Assembly (NCBI RefSeq): GCF_009914755.1
Contig: NC_060931.1
Source of the DNA: the human T2T-CHM13v2.0 reference genome, Homo sapiens
Length of the DNA: 64,000 nt
Direction: 5' to 3' (one strand)
Made by a program: the position numbers and the translations under genes. The notes under the pieces are model-generated. The model did not search any database and had not been told where the DNA came from. It saw only the letters and a list, made by a program, of their open reading frames with translations. The first letter of the stretch is position 1. The number at the start of each line of letters is the position of its first letter. Below, one piece after another: positions 28,346 through 46,344 of the stretch.

Positions 28346-31300
28346 CAATAGGAAAAACACCAAGAGCAGAATCTGTCAATTAACACTCAGTAAATATTAA
28401 CACTCAGTAAACACCTTCGATGAAGATGGGGCCTATAGCATTTGATTAACTTGCTTTGGAATCTAGTGATTTGAATTCTGCTGTTTTGTAGTTGTGTAAC
28501 CTTAAATACATCATATCATATCTCTATGCCTCTGTTTTCTCATCTGTAGTATAGGATTAGTAATAGCCCAGCACTCCATAGCTTAATGTGATTTTTAATA
28601 TGAACAAGAATATAAAGTATGAGCAATGAGTATTTTGTGTTTTTGTTTGTTTAATTCACCATATGAAAAACTCTGTGCTAGGTACTTGCACGCAGGTGCC
28701 AATGACTACAGTCTTAGGTACTTAGGATCTATTTATCTTGTAGTGAGAGAGACACCAACGAAAATAACCAAGTAGTATACCAAAGGCCATCAGAAAGATG
28801 CAAACAAAAATAATTTATCTTTACAAAGATATAACTAAAATGCTCCAAATTTGAGTGGGGTTAAATTGATATAATATCTAACACAGAACTTGAAAGACTA
28901 GTATGTTTGGAGTTTGGTTAGTAGTGTGAAAAAGAAAGCAGAAGCATTTAAGATGGAGAGAGGAGTGGTTAAGAACTAGAGATGGTTCTAGTACCTGCGG
29001 TTTTGTGAGAATGCAGATCAGAGAGGAGACTTGACTGCCAAAGAATCTGATGTCTGAGCACAGGGGTCCTAATGGGGAAAGGGCTCCGCAATAACTTCCT
29101 CTTGCCCTCTGTGTACGTTTCCTTGGGCAAGCAAGCTGCTCTATCCACATGGGAGCTCTGTGGAGGCTGCACTGCTCTAAAGCCAAGACAGCCTTTTGCA
29201 GATAGTGCTTCCTTTCCTTACAGGGAGCAGGACGGGTTGGTGTCAGAGCCCATTTCCTACTATACTCAGGAGTTGTTTAATCACCATCCCTTCTTTGTAT
29301 TCTCTATGTCATCCTCCAGCTCAGATCCTCTGGGCCTCTCAGTTTTACTATTTCAAGAGACTCTGTGTGAATGTCCCTGTCCCTAGACTCTCTGTTTTCT
29401 CTCGATATACTGTGAGGTCCTTGAGGACAGGTACCATGTCCGCCGGTTCCTAACTGTAAACCCAGTCCTCAGCAAAGACAGTGCTCAATATATATTTGCT
29501 GAAGGAATCCCTAAGTAAATACATTCTTTCTGCACTACACTCTACTCCCTGGCTTATTTCGTAAAGAACACCAGTGATGGCGCCACTTCCTTTCTCCCTG
29601 TTATCTATGGAATGTTGCCCTAATTCCTTGCCCTGACCTGCCATATTCTCTTTGCTCCCACTGCGTTCCCTTTTACAAATCCTCCCACAGCAATGTGACA
29701 TGGAACTCGTCTTCTCATGAGCCCATCTTGGAAGTAATGGTCTCTCAAGAATTTGGGAGGTATGTTGTAGTCACAATAGCTACACTTCTTTGAGCACTTA
29801 TAATGAACTGTCTATGGTGTTGACAATATGAAAAACTTGCCTAATAAGTCTAAGCAGGTAATAGGAAGAGACAGGTTGTAAATCCAAGCAGTGTGAAGTC
29901 AGATTTCAGCCTAAACCCTACATCAAAATGGACTTGTTATGTAAATTGACAATGTTAAGAAGCTCAAAATTCACTACCTGACAATATATGTTAATAGTAC
30001 ATATTCAAGCCACTAAAATATAGACTTTCTCTCATTCCATTGCTGGAGATATTATTCTCAGCTGTCTATAGGCTCAGATTTAAATTCTCATTTGCATATT
30101 CAAAATCATTCATGATATGGCTGTAATCTACCTGTCCAGTCTTACTTCCTCTATTCCCTCAAATCACTCATATTAGTACTGAGCAAACCAAGTGCTGACC
30201 ACCACTTCAGCTGTCCACCTTAGCTCATATTGTTCTCTTTGCATGAAAATCCCTTCCTTCATTTTTATACCTGGTACGACTTTATCGGTCCTTCAGGGCT
30301 CACCTTAAATGCTGGCTCTCCTGAACACTTCCTTGTTTCACTCTAGAATTAATCCCATTTATTTGTATCTACACCTCCTTTTTTCCTTTTGTCACATTGT
30401 CTGTTATTTATGCAAACACACACATAAATATCCCATATTATTCTGTAAACTCTTTGAATCCAAGGACAATGTAAATGGAAATCCTAAGTACTACAAACTA
30501 CATTACAAAAGGCATATTCCACATAGGAGATTTTGACCCTCCCAGACTCCAGCATGCTCCTGATGTCACTGTCCCTCTTTATGCATAGGAAAGCATCTCA
30601 GGGGAGTTGTCTATCCCTCCTCAATTCACACTGCTACTTCTACCGATTAGAATGTCTCCCACTCATCTCAGAACATCTTGTTAAAGTTGCCGTGGCTTTT
30701 ACCTTCCTAGGCCAAAGACCAATTCTCTTTCCAAAGTTTATTCAGCCTCTTACCAGCATTCCATGCAACTGTCTGCTCCCTCCATCCCGAAGTGCAGTCT
30801 GGTTTTGGTTTCTGTCATGACACATTCTCTTTTAGGTTTTCTTCTTAGTGAACCAGATGCTCCTCTGTAAGTATCTGCTGCTTGTTTCTCTCCCTTGGGT
30901 CCAATAGAAATGTTGGAAGTTTCCAGGTATCATTTATCAGTTCAAGACCCTCTTCTCTGCTATAGCCATACTCTTTTCTAAGTTGATTTTGTTTGATCCA
31001 GTGACACTAAGCAATGAAGACTAAGAACACTATGATTCCAAGCATTCCACCAGTGTAGCCCAGGAAACCTTTCACGGCCTGTGCCACAATGTCTGCTCCA
31101 CCCTGGGATGCTAACCTTTTTCATTCAGAAAGCCAGGCTCTCTATAATTCAAAGGTTCAAGGTCTTATTTGATGGCAGACCTGTAGAGATCTAGTTGGAG
31201 AAATAAAAGGTATGTAGTACTTGCTTCTGTTAGAGATACCACAGCAGAGCATCAAATATTTGTCCTTGTTGGCTTCTCCAATGACCTTCTCCCCCACAGA

Positions 31301-32565
31301 ATGGCTTGAGAATGTACATTTGACAACAGCTCATCTCCTTGAAGGAGCTCCACACTTGGTAAATCTTAGCAAAGTCAAATACAGGCACATGCTGTACTTT
31401 TTAAATCATGCAAATTAAATAAAATGTTCATTGCAGTTATGATGTTTTCACAACTTCTAAAAGATATGTGGTTGCCTGCGCAGAGCTGATTGTACTTATT
31501 ATCCTTTTTGTGACGATAACTGTCAGTTTACCTAGCATTTGGGTTATTAAGCAGATTATTACTACAATTTTAGAACTAACTATTAGCATGTATTTAGGAA
31601 ACACTATTATGTTTCACAATTTGAAGCAAAAGAAATGGATTCATAATTGCAAATTAAGTTATGCTTTAAGGAATAAGGGATTTTTTGAGGAATTACTAAA
31701 ACATAGAATATTTTACAGATTTTAATTGCCAGTCTAATCACTTATTTTAAATACAGTCCACTTTAGAAATCTCCAATGACTTCGTGCTTATCACATTCCA
31801 GTGGATTAGTGAGAAACCATTTAGAGAAAAGTCATTGAATGGTATTCCAAGATCCAAAAGTAAATTAAAGAAATAAACTCAGATGCCCTTAATTTCATCA
31901 GGAAATATTCACCTGGCATCTGTGGCTGCACAGAGTTTGAATCTTGGTGCCACATGTCACCTGTGATTGGATCTGCTGGGGCAGGGGGACGAGGGCAATC
32001 TGCATCTTTCACTCAGTTAAGATCCCATGGGAGTTCCAACAGGAAATGAGCCCTTGCTTGTCCCAGTATGACACGGAGCTTGCTGGTGATGTGCACGTTG
32101 CTGTTTATATAGACAGACTTTAGTTGTAACTGAGAAGCATTTTGGTAAAGGTGTAAAATTTGGAATAAATAAGTGGTTTGGATCTTAGCTCCATGTTAAC
32201 ATTGTAATTTTTTTCTGAAATTTTAAATTTCTCTGAGCCTAAATTTTCTCCAGTGTGACAAAGAGATGATGAAGTGCCACCCGTGTACCCCTGGCATCTC
32301 TTGTGGTGCAGGACTAGAGCCTGAGAGGAAAGGAGCACATTCTCCAGAAAGGGATACATTCTTTATCCTTTTAAAGAATTTTCTTTAATTTAGTTAAAGA
32401 AATAAAATAATTTATTTTATTTATTTCAGCTAAAGAAAACATGCTGAATCACACATGAGCAGGGTAGGGTACAGAGAGGACTGGATATGGAGTCATAAAA
32501 GTGCTGAAGGAAGGTTGCCAGGGAATTTGCTATTCTTTGGGCATGTTTTATCTCTGAGAAAGATG

Positions 32566-32706
32566 GGAAGAAAGAAAGAAAAAGAAAGAAAGAAAAAAAG
32601 AAAGAAAGAAAGTAAGAAAGAAAGAAAGAAAGAAAGAAGGAAGGAAAGAAAGAAAGAAAGAGGGAGGGAGGAAGGAAGGAAGGAAAAGAAGGAAGGAAGG
32701 AAAAAG
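32566..32706. repeat. Purine-rich (GAAA)n/(GGAA)n compound microsatellite
   Basis: Direct inspection; it is the source of the low-complexity ORFs here. Confidence 0.95.
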
Positions 32707-35700
32707 AATAGATCATTGTTATTCAAATACCCAAGGCCATTGAAGAATGAATGTCTGACTTAAGATGTACTACTGTTTACCAATGCATACTTAGATTTTT
32801 AAAAAGTGTCTTGATGAATCCAACTACTAAAGTTAATTTGCATTTAAAGTCTTCATATATACTACTTTTAATATGAAATGATTCCTCAAATTAGTTGCAA
32901 ACTAAAAGATTTGACTTTATCTTCCTGCAGAGGCTTTGGGGAAAAACTCATGTTTCACAGAGATTTTTCTAGCAGCTCTTCAGTCCACCCCTCTAGAATA
33001 CAGCCATGTGCCCACAGGGTTTATATTCCTAAATTTGAGAAGCACTATGTGAGACGATTTCTAAGTCCTCTCCCAGCTCTAAATTCTGTTCAGTTTATGT
33101 GTGGACAAACCATTAAAATGAAACCCAATGGAAGATTAATGCCTTAGTGGAAAGGTATAATTTAAAGGATCACTTGAGCTGGAAAGGAGGGTGGGTAGGA
33201 AGTAATTAACATCAACAAATTACATCCTCTCAGATCGTATAACCAAGGGATATTTCTAAAGTAAGCCTGATTGCAATGGATAATACCTGATGTAGTGAAA
33301 CATGACCACAGGCTTTGTTTTGTTTTATTTTGTTTGGCCAATAAACCCTGGGCAATCAGATAATCTTGAAGGAAATGTACATACCACTTTGCAGAACATT
33401 TCAATATAAAGAGAAATAAAAATGACACAGAAGCATATATATCTTGAAACTCTGTGTCTTTTTTATGAATCAAGCCAAGCTAGCTACTGGATCACTGATA
33501 TGTTTGTCCAGCAGGGGTTCAACTCTGTATTCTATACAAATACTTTAATAAGTTAGGTAATGGAGCAGGCCCTGTGTTATCATCTAATGAAAGAGAAATG
33601 AAAGTGATGCAGTTTTTAAATATTTTTCTCATTTGGAAGATAGACCAGGGAAACTATGGGTATAGTGTCAGAGTTATAATAGAAACATGTATGACATGTG
33701 ACAAAAGCCCCTAAGTTTAAACTAGGTTATTGTACTTGGAGGAGATGTAAGATTTGTTCAAAAAGGAAAGATTATAGGTTGAAATTTGTAGAAATTTGTG
33801 GAATCTAATCATGTATTCAACTACTGTTATGGGTAAAAAAGCTTTCTAATAAAAGGGAACAGTATGTAAAGCATGTAAGAAATATTTCTCAAAATTGGTA
33901 AAGTCTAACTTTTGAAATGTTACTGTTATAAAGTGCATATAAAAATGAATATAAGGCTAGAGAGACAGGCCGAAAAGGCCTGGATCACACAGGCTCTTTT
34001 AGGAATTGAGTAATTTTAAAAATTGAAGCAATATGCTGATATTTATCTTTAGAAAGTTCACTTTGGAAACAGAGAAGATACTCTTTGAAAAGGGATCTAT
34101 AGAAGACATTGTTCAGTGTTTAGGCAAGACACAATAATTAAATAGCTATGAGGATGTAAAAATATGGGCCAACTCTATAGTTCTTTCCAGCTGAATCAAC
34201 AAAACCTGGTGACTAGCGCAATGCGAAGGATGACATCAAGGAAAGCCAAGCCCCATGTGACAACAATGTGTCCAACTTGCTCTGATATAGACTCATAATT
34301 AAAAATAATTTTTAACTCACAATAGGCCCTTAGTAATATCTGTTAATTAGGTTAAATAATAAATGAGGAAATACTTTGTATACATCTTGATATTTACTGA
34401 GGAAATATGAGGGAGAAAAGATGACAGAGGGAGTGTGAGGTGAAGAGTTACAGGTAATCTGGAGGAAGTTGTTCAAGAAACGGGCAAAAATAATGATCCA
34501 GAAGTTTCCAGTTTTGGTAACAGTGAAGTGAGTATGTAACACACTCTATAGCATGTGACGACAAAATCTCTGAACAAAATATCTTTGAAAACTCAACTAC
34601 TTGTAAGTACTTGAATGTGAACTAAAGCAAGCAGGAAATGGAAGTTATTTGACCGTTGAAAGAAGGAAATGGAATTGGGAAAGATCCATGTTTATAAGTT
34701 TTTTACCTGAAGAGACTTTTCACTAAGGGCAATGTTGAAAATAGGACTCAAGAAGAAAGCCACAGTCACTAGAATACTAGAGGCCAGGGGAAGGAGATTT
34801 AAACCAACAGAGAAGCTGAAAACTGAGGGGTGGAGATCCAAAATAGGAGAGAATTAAAAAGAGGGAGTTTCCAAATCTCCATATAAACTCCTCTCGCAGC
34901 ACTGGCTAACTATTGAACTGTGCATGTGGAAGGGACTCTGAGGAGATTAGTGAGAAACTTCAGTTGGATGTTTAAAACACTGGAGCAAATATGTCAACTG
35001 CTACCTATCACAAGAGAGATAAAGGTCTGAGTTTGAATCCTACCAAATTAGAAGAGCTTGGTAAACCCCAGGCTTATCAATGAATCATTTGGACCAAAAG
35101 TGATTTCAAGTCTTTACAATTCCAAAGTGCTATGCCAATAATTTACATATCTGCAAAAAGAAAAACTGTACTCTCAGTGGAAGACAACAGTCTCTATAAC
35201 ATTTCCAATGATGAACATAGGAGAAACAATTACTAGACATCAAATACACAGGAATATACAGCCTATGCTTAAGAAAAAGAAGTCAACAAGAAATTATCCT
35301 AAGAGGATCCCAATGTCACAACTAGCAGAAAAAGATTTTAAAGCAGCTGTTATAAATATAATGAAGGATTATATAAATATAATCTTTATCTTACATAAGA
35401 TAAAGATAAGATAAAAGATGGTTATAATAAATGAAAAAGTGAATCTTAAAAATAAATCAAAACTAAAATATCTGAAAAATCTAGAAGTAAAAAATATAAT
35501 GTCTAAAATGAAAACTATCCTGAATAGAATCAATAGCAGAATGGATATAGCTAAAGAAATGGTCAGCGAGTTTAAAACAAGTCAATAAAAAATACCTAAT
35601 CTCAAGAACAGAGAAAAAATGGAAATATACTAACAACAGTAATGACATAAAACAGTATCAAGCACATTTTTGGAGTCCCAGAAAAAGAGAAGATGATTCA

Positions 35701-35824
35701 GAAAATGAATTCAGAAAATAAAAAGTTTCATAAAAAATAAAATTGAAGAAATCAGGAGAAAAAACCAGCCACATTTGTTAAAACAGTCTTTCCCAAATTC
35801 AAGAAGCTCATCAAACCTCATGCA

Positions 35825-35863
35825 GAAAGAAAAGAAAAGAAAAGAAAAGAAAAGAAAAGAAAA
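35825..35863. repeat. (GAAAA)n pentanucleotide repeat
   Basis: Direct inspection. Confidence 0.9.
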
Positions 35864-36933
35864 CAAGCAATAAAACCCACCTTGATCTATCACAGCTAAG
35901 CTGATAAAAAACAGTGATAAAGAGAAAATCTGGAAAGAAGCCAGAGGGAGAAATATTCATGTTATGGAGGGGATAAGCAATATAGATAATAGCTTACTTC
36001 CCAACAGAATCATTGAAGGCGAAAATAGAATGGAAAAAACATCTTTATGGAACTGAAAGGATAAGAGCTGTTGAACATAAATTATATATTCTGTAAAAAT
36101 ATCATTTAAAAATAAAAGCAAAATAAATTCTTAGGTAAATAAAAAGTGATGTAATTCATTGCCAGCAGTGTTGCATATGAAGAAATATTTAAAGATCTGT
36201 TTAGGTTGAAGGTATATGACACCAAATGGAAGCTAGAAACTCAGTTTCACAGACAGGAATGAAAAGTATTAGAAATATTGGTAAGAATAAAAGACATTCT
36301 TCTGTTCTTCTCTTAATTTTTTAAAAACACAGTTTACTGTTGAAAATAAAGTATAACATTGTGTTGTAGAATTTATAATGTATGTAACTGTAAAATATAT
36401 AATAACAATATTAGAAAGAACAGGAGTGTTTTTAAAACTATGTTGTTTCAAGGTTCTTATATATTACATACAGTAGTATAATATTAACTACAAATAGATT
36501 ATAAATAAACTAAGGATACATAATTTACACCTGGATATCTACTATAATACAAAAAATCTATAGCCGAATGTCTTTAGAGGACTATAAAATGAAATATTAA
36601 AAATGTCTTATTTCTTCAAAATAGATAAGACAGGGAAAGCAGAGAAACAAAATTGATGGGAAAAATAAAAAACAGACAGAAAAATGATGAATCTAGAGAC
36701 AATCATATCAATAGTTACATTAAATATAAATGAAAAAAGTCCCATATTAAAAGACAGAGATTTGCAGATTGTATAAAAAACAAAAACAAGATCCAGTTCT
36801 TCAAAAGAAACAATTTAAATACAATGCCAAGAAGAGTTTCAAATTGAAAAAGGGGAAGAGGTGGGGGAGATATAGCATGTTAGCAATTAGTCTAAGAATC
36901 TGGTGTGTCTATGTTAACCTCAGACAAAGTAAT

Positions 36934-37420
36934 TGTATTGGTTTTACATTGCTTCTATAGCAAACTGCCACAAATTTAGTGGCTTAAAACAATATAAATT
37001 TATTTTCTCAAGGTTCCATTAATTAGAAGTTTGACATAGGCTAAAATTAAGTGTAGGTAGGGCTGCTCCTTTTGTCTGATTCTCTAGATGAGAATCTTTT
37101 TTCTTGACTTTTGCAGCTTCTAGAGATCATCCACATTCCTCGGCTAATTTTCCTCCATCTTCAAAGCCAGCAAATTTGCATTCCTCTGCTCAGTGTTTCA
37201 GAGTCACATCTCCCTCTGAATCTGAAGCCACTGGGAAAAGGTTCTTCAATGTCAGTGACTCATGTGACAAGACTGGGCTCACCCTGATAATCCAGGACAA
37301 TTTCTCTATCACAAGGTTCTTAATTTTGTTGCTTCTGCAAAGGACCTTTTGCCATGTAACATGTTCATAAATTCTTCGAATTAGGGCATGGATATTTTGA
37401 TGGGTCATTAGTCTGCATAG
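36934..37420 (-). mobile_element. MLT1C/D-like MaLR LTR
   Basis: tgtattggtttt...ccacaaatttagtggcttaaaacaa; tccatcttcaaagccagcaa; gataatccaggacaat. Confidence 0.8.
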
Positions 37421-39022
37421 TAATGCAGACTAATACTCTTTCCTGAATGCATTAATACTATTAATGGTTAAAGAGGGAAATTTCATAAGAGCAAAGAGGC
37501 TAATTCATTAGGAATACAAAATAGTCATACATGCCTATGTATCTAGTAATAGAGATGGATGAAGCAAAAATTGATCATGTGAATTAAAGGGGCATATAGA
37601 CAAATTTACAAATATAGTTAGAAATTTTAACAGTCCTTTCTCAGCGATTGATAGAACAACTAGGTAAAAAAGTCTTAATATTATAAAAGATATGAGCAAC
37701 ATTACAATCTTAACCTAATTAATATTTATAAAACAGTACACATAACAACTGAAGAATACACATCCTTTTTAAGGGCACATTCAATGTTTTTTGAAATAGA
37801 TCATATATTGGATTATGAAATAAGTCTCAATGAATCTCAAGATGGAAATCTTACAGAATACACTTTCTGATTTTAAAGGCAATCATTAGAAATCCATAAG
37901 AATATGATGTTTATTTAAAAATCCAGATACTCAAGAATTAACAAGCTTCTAAAAAACTCATTTTTCAAAAAAGTACCCACAAGAGAAATTTAAAAATAAT
38001 TTCAACCAACTGATAATTAAAATACAGCATTTCAAGAATTATAAAATTCAGCTAAAGCAGTGCTTAAGGAAATGTATATCTTTAAATGATTATTAGAACA
38101 AAGTGAAAGATTTTAAGAATCTAAATTTTTACCATAATAACCTAGGTTAAAGAAGAAAAAAATTATATAGGTATAAAATATAGGGAATACAAATAAGAGC
38201 AGAAATGAATGAAATACAAAACAGGCAAATAATGTAGAATATTAACAAAGTCCAAAGTTTATTCTGTGAGAGTGTGAATAAAATTAATATCCCCTAACCA
38301 TCTGGATCAATAAAAGTGTTATCAAAACACAAATTATCAAAAGGACGAGTAAAAGAGTAGATATCCATTCACATCCTATAGGCAATAAAAAGATCATAAA
38401 AGAATACAAAGAACAACTTAATATCAATAAATTAGACAAATATAAACACAATGGACAAATTATTTGAAAAGTATAAAAATTGATAAAATATACAATAGAA
38501 TATATGAATATCTCTGTATTTTTTAAGTAATTGATTTTATAATCAAAGGTCCTATCATTCAAAAAGGCTCCAGACTTAGGTGATTTTACCAGTTTTGCCA
38601 AGGTAAATCTTGGCAAACATTTAAGAAAGAAATAATTTTATACAAAGTTCTTTTCAGAAAATAGCTAAAGATGAAAGCTTCACTACTAATTTCATATGAC
38701 CAGAATGTCCCTAAGCAACAAAACCTGAAAAAGACCTATGAAAGGAAAACTACTGGCAATTATCTCTATGTAATAAACCTCTATGTAATAAACCTCTTCT
38801 TTTTTAAATTTATTATTATTATACTTTAAGTTTTAGGGTACATGTACACAATGTGCAGGTTAGTTACATATGTATACATGTGCCATGCTGGTGTGCTGCA
38901 CCCACTAACTCGTCATCTAGCATTAGGTATATCACCCAGTGCTATCCCTCCCCTCTCCCCCCAACCCACAACAGTCCCCAGAGTGTGATGTTCCCCTTCC
39001 TGTGTCCATGTGATCTCATTGT

Positions 39023-42854
<3,832 letters not shown>

Positions 42855-42902
42855 TTATTTTGCTCGTTAGTTGATGTAGTTTCTTCCTATTCTCGATGGT
42901 CT

Positions 42903-43918
42903 TTACATTTTGGCATGATTTTGCAGTGGCTGGTGCCGGTTGTTCCTTTCCATGTTTAGCGCTTCCTTCAGGAGCTCTTTTAGGGCAGGCCTGGTGGTGA
43001 CAAAATCTCTCAGCCTTTGCTTGTCTGTAAAGTATTTTATTTCTCCTTCACTTATGAAGCTTAGTTTGGCTGGATATGAAATTCTGGGTTGAAAATTCTT
43101 TTCTTGAAGAATGTTGAATATTGGCCCCCACTCTCTTCTGTCCTGTAGAGTTTCTGCCGAGAAATCCGCTGTTAGTCTGATGGGCTTCCCTTTGTGGGTA
43201 ACCTGACCTTTCTCTCTGGCTGCCCTTAACATTTTTTCCTTCATTTCAACTTTGGTGAATCTGACAATTATGTGTCTTGGAGTTGCTCTTCTTGAGGAGT
43301 ATCTCTGTGGCGTTCTCTGTATTTCCTGAATCTGAACATTGGCCTGCCTTGCTAGATTGGGGAAGTTCTCCTGGATAATATCCTGCAGAGTGTTTTCCAA
43401 CTTGGTTCCATTCTCCCCATCACTTTCAGGTACACCAATCAGACGTAGATTTGGTCTTTCACATAGTCCCATATTTCTTGGAGGCTTTGCTCATTCCTTT
43501 TTATTCTTTTTTCTCTAAACTTCCCTTCTTGCTTCATTTCATTCATTTCGTCTTCCATCGCTGATACCCTTTCTTCCAGTTGATCGCATCGGCTCCTGAG
43601 GCTTCTGCATTCTTCACATAGTTCGTGAGCCTTGGTTTTCAGCTCCATCAGCTCCTTTAAGCACTTCTCTGTATTGGTTATTCTAGTTATACATTCTTCT
43701 AAATTTTTTTCAAAGTTTTCAACTTCTTTGCCTTGGGTTTGAATGTCCTCCCATAGCACGGAATAATTTGATTGTCTGAAGACTTCTTCTCTCAGCTCGT
43801 CAAAGTCATTCTCCATCCAGCTTTGTTCCGTTGCTGGTGAGGAACTGTGTTCCTTTGGAGGAGGAGAGGTGCTCTGCTTTTTAGAGTTTCCAGTTTTTCT
43901 GCTCTGCTTTTTCCCCAT
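42903..43918 (-). pseudogene. L1 ORF1p, frameshifted
   Basis: MGKKQSRKTGNSK... to ...NMERNNRHQPLQNHAKM, split into two ORFs by a 1-nt deletion near 43457. Confidence 0.95.
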
Positions 43919-44826
43919 CTTTGTGGTTTTATCTACTTTTGGTCTTTGATGATGGTGATGTACAGATGGGTTTTTGGTGTGGATGTCCTTTCTCTTTGTT
44001 AGTTTTCCTTCTAACAGACAGGACCCTCAGCTGCAGGTCTGTTGGAGTACCTGGCCGTGTGAGGTGTCAGTCTGCCCCTGCTGGGGGGTGCCTCCCAGTT
44101 AGGCTGCTGGGGGGTCAGGGGTCAGGGACCCACTTGAGGAGGCAGTCTGCCCGTTCTCAGATCTCCAGCTGCATGCTGGGAGAAGCACTGCTCTCTTCAA
44201 AGCTGTCAGACAGGGACATTTAAGTCTTCAGAGGTTACTGCTGTCTTTTTGTTTGTCTGTGCCCTGCTCCCAGAGGTGGAGCCTACAGAGACAGGCAGGC
44301 CTCCTTGAGCTGTGGTGGGCTCCACCCACTTCGAGCTTCCAGGCTGCTTTGTTTACCTAAGCAAACCTGGGCAATGGCGGGCACCCCTCCCCCAGCCTCA
44401 CTGCCGCCTTGCAGTTTGATCTCAGACTGCTGTGCTAGCAATCAGTGAGACTCCGTGGGTGCAGGACCCTCCGAGCCAGGTGCGGGATATTATCTCCTGG
44501 TGCACCATTTTTTAAGCCTGTCAGAAAAGCGCAGTATTCGGGTGGGAGTGACCCGATTTTCCAGATGCCGTCTGTCACCACTTTCTTTGACTAGGAAAGG
44601 GAACTCCCTGACCCCTTGTGCTTCCCGAGTTAGGCAATGCCCCGCCCTGCTGCGGCTCCAGCACGGTGCGTGCACCCACTGACCTGCACCCACTGTCTGG
44701 CACTCCCTAGTGCGATGAACCCGGTACCTCAGATGGAAATGCAGAAATCACCCGTCTTCTGCGTCGCTCATGCTGGGAGCTGTAGACCGGAGCTGTTCCT
44801 ATTCGGCCATCTTGGCTCCTCCCTCC
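43919..44826 (-). promoter_or_regulatory. L1 5'UTR: sense promoter with YY1 site, plus antisense promoter facing the + direction
   Basis: YY1 motif ggccatcttg at 44805-44814 is intact; ORF0 ATG at 44374; many CpGs retained. Confidence 0.7.
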
Positions 44827-45040
44827 TAAACCTGTTAATAAACCATGTAATAAACACTTAAGGAAAAATTTGCAAGTCAAAAACAACTAAGTAGAACAAT
44901 GTTAATATATCATGATCAAGTAGAAAAGAAAATATCTGTTCCCAAATTTCTTGCATATGAATGTTTATAGCACTTTAGTTCATAATGTTCCAACACTAAA
45001 ATAAACCAAATATCCATCAATATAAAAATTGTGGTATGTT

Positions 45041-45324
45041 GGCTGGGCACTGTGGCTCACACCTGTAATCCCAGCACTTTGGGAGGCCAAGGCGGGTGGA
45101 TCACGAGGTCAGGAGATTGAGACCATCCTGGCTAACATTGTGAAATCCCGTTTCTACTAAAAATACAAAAATTAGCCAGGTATGGTTGGGGGTGCCTGTA
45201 TTCCCAGCTACTCAGGAGGCTGAGGCAGGAGAATCGCTTGAACTGGGGAGGCAGAGGTTGCAGTGAGCCGAGATAGCCCACCGCACTCCAGCCTGGAGAC
45301 ACAACGAGACTCTGACTCAAAAAC
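45041..45324 (+). mobile_element. Alu (Sc8/Y-like)
   Basis: Sense Alu; perfect 16-bp TSD aaaattgtggtatgtt at 45025-45040 and 45325-45340. Confidence 0.95.
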
Positions 45325-45931
45325 AAAATTGTGGTATGTTAATAAAATTGAGCTCTATTCAGCAATAGAAATTATGAACTATAAAAACAGAACAATATGA
45401 ATGATTCTGAAGAGCATTATGTTGAAGGAAACAAGAGTGGCCCCAAAGAGTATCTATCATAAGTTTCAAACTTTGTATGAAGTTCTATAACAAGCAAATA
45501 TAAGCTGTGGTCATAAAAAGAGAATGTTTGCCTATGGTAGGGGGATGGGTATCTAAGAAATTTCTGGGTCTTTATTACTCTGGTGGTTACACATATTCTT
45601 TTTCAAAACTTATCAAATTTTGCACATAGCACCTGTGCATTTCACTGTATGTAAATTTTACCTTAATTATGACAAATATATGGGCTTAGAACTTTGAAAT
45701 GTAATCTTGGCTAAAAATTGCAAAATGTGCACATTTTCATTATAGTTGAAAACACAAGTTCACACAATGGAAGTGTGCAAAATATGTGAGATGTGGCTGA
45801 GAATTCCTGGAGAATACAAATATTGAAGGATGGTGAAAGAAGTGGTATCTTAAAAAAGATTAAGAACAAAAGTGCTAATTATGGAAGGAATAAAGTGATA
45901 AGTCAAATCATATTAAAATTAAGAACTTCTC

Positions 45932-46244
45932 TTTTTTAAAAAATTTGTACTTTAAGTTCTGGGATGCATGTGTCGAACATGCAGGTTTGTTACATAGGTA
46001 TACATATGCCATGGTGGTTTGCTGCACCCGTCAACCCATCATCTAGGTTTTAAGCCCCACACGCATTAGGTATTTGTCCTAATGCTCTCCCTCCCCTTGC
46101 CCCCTAACTCCTGACATACCCCAGTGTGTGATGTTCCCCTCCCTGTGTCCAGGTGTTCTCATTGTTCAACTTCCACTTATGAGTGAGAACATGCAGTGTT
46201 TGGTTTTCTGTTCCTGTGTTAGTTTGCTGAGGATGATGGTTTCC
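45932..46244 (-). mobile_element. L1PA7/8-like 3' end fragment
   Basis: tactttaagttctgggatgcatgtg...catctaggttttaagcccc...gatgatggtttcc. Confidence 0.85.
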
Positions 46245-46344
46245 AAAAGACATCATTGGGAGAGAGAAAAAGGAACCCATAGAGAGGGACAAGATGAGGC
46301 AGGTAGATAAATAGATAATAAATGAATAGATGAAAGATAGACGG

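Noticed and set aside
32426-32763. K/E/R-rich and F/S/L-rich ORFs
   Set aside because: Translations of the (GAAA)n microsatellite
44455-44682. 75-aa + strand ORF resembling L1 ORF0
   Set aside because: It is only the remainder downstream of the premature TGA at 44446 and begins at GTG
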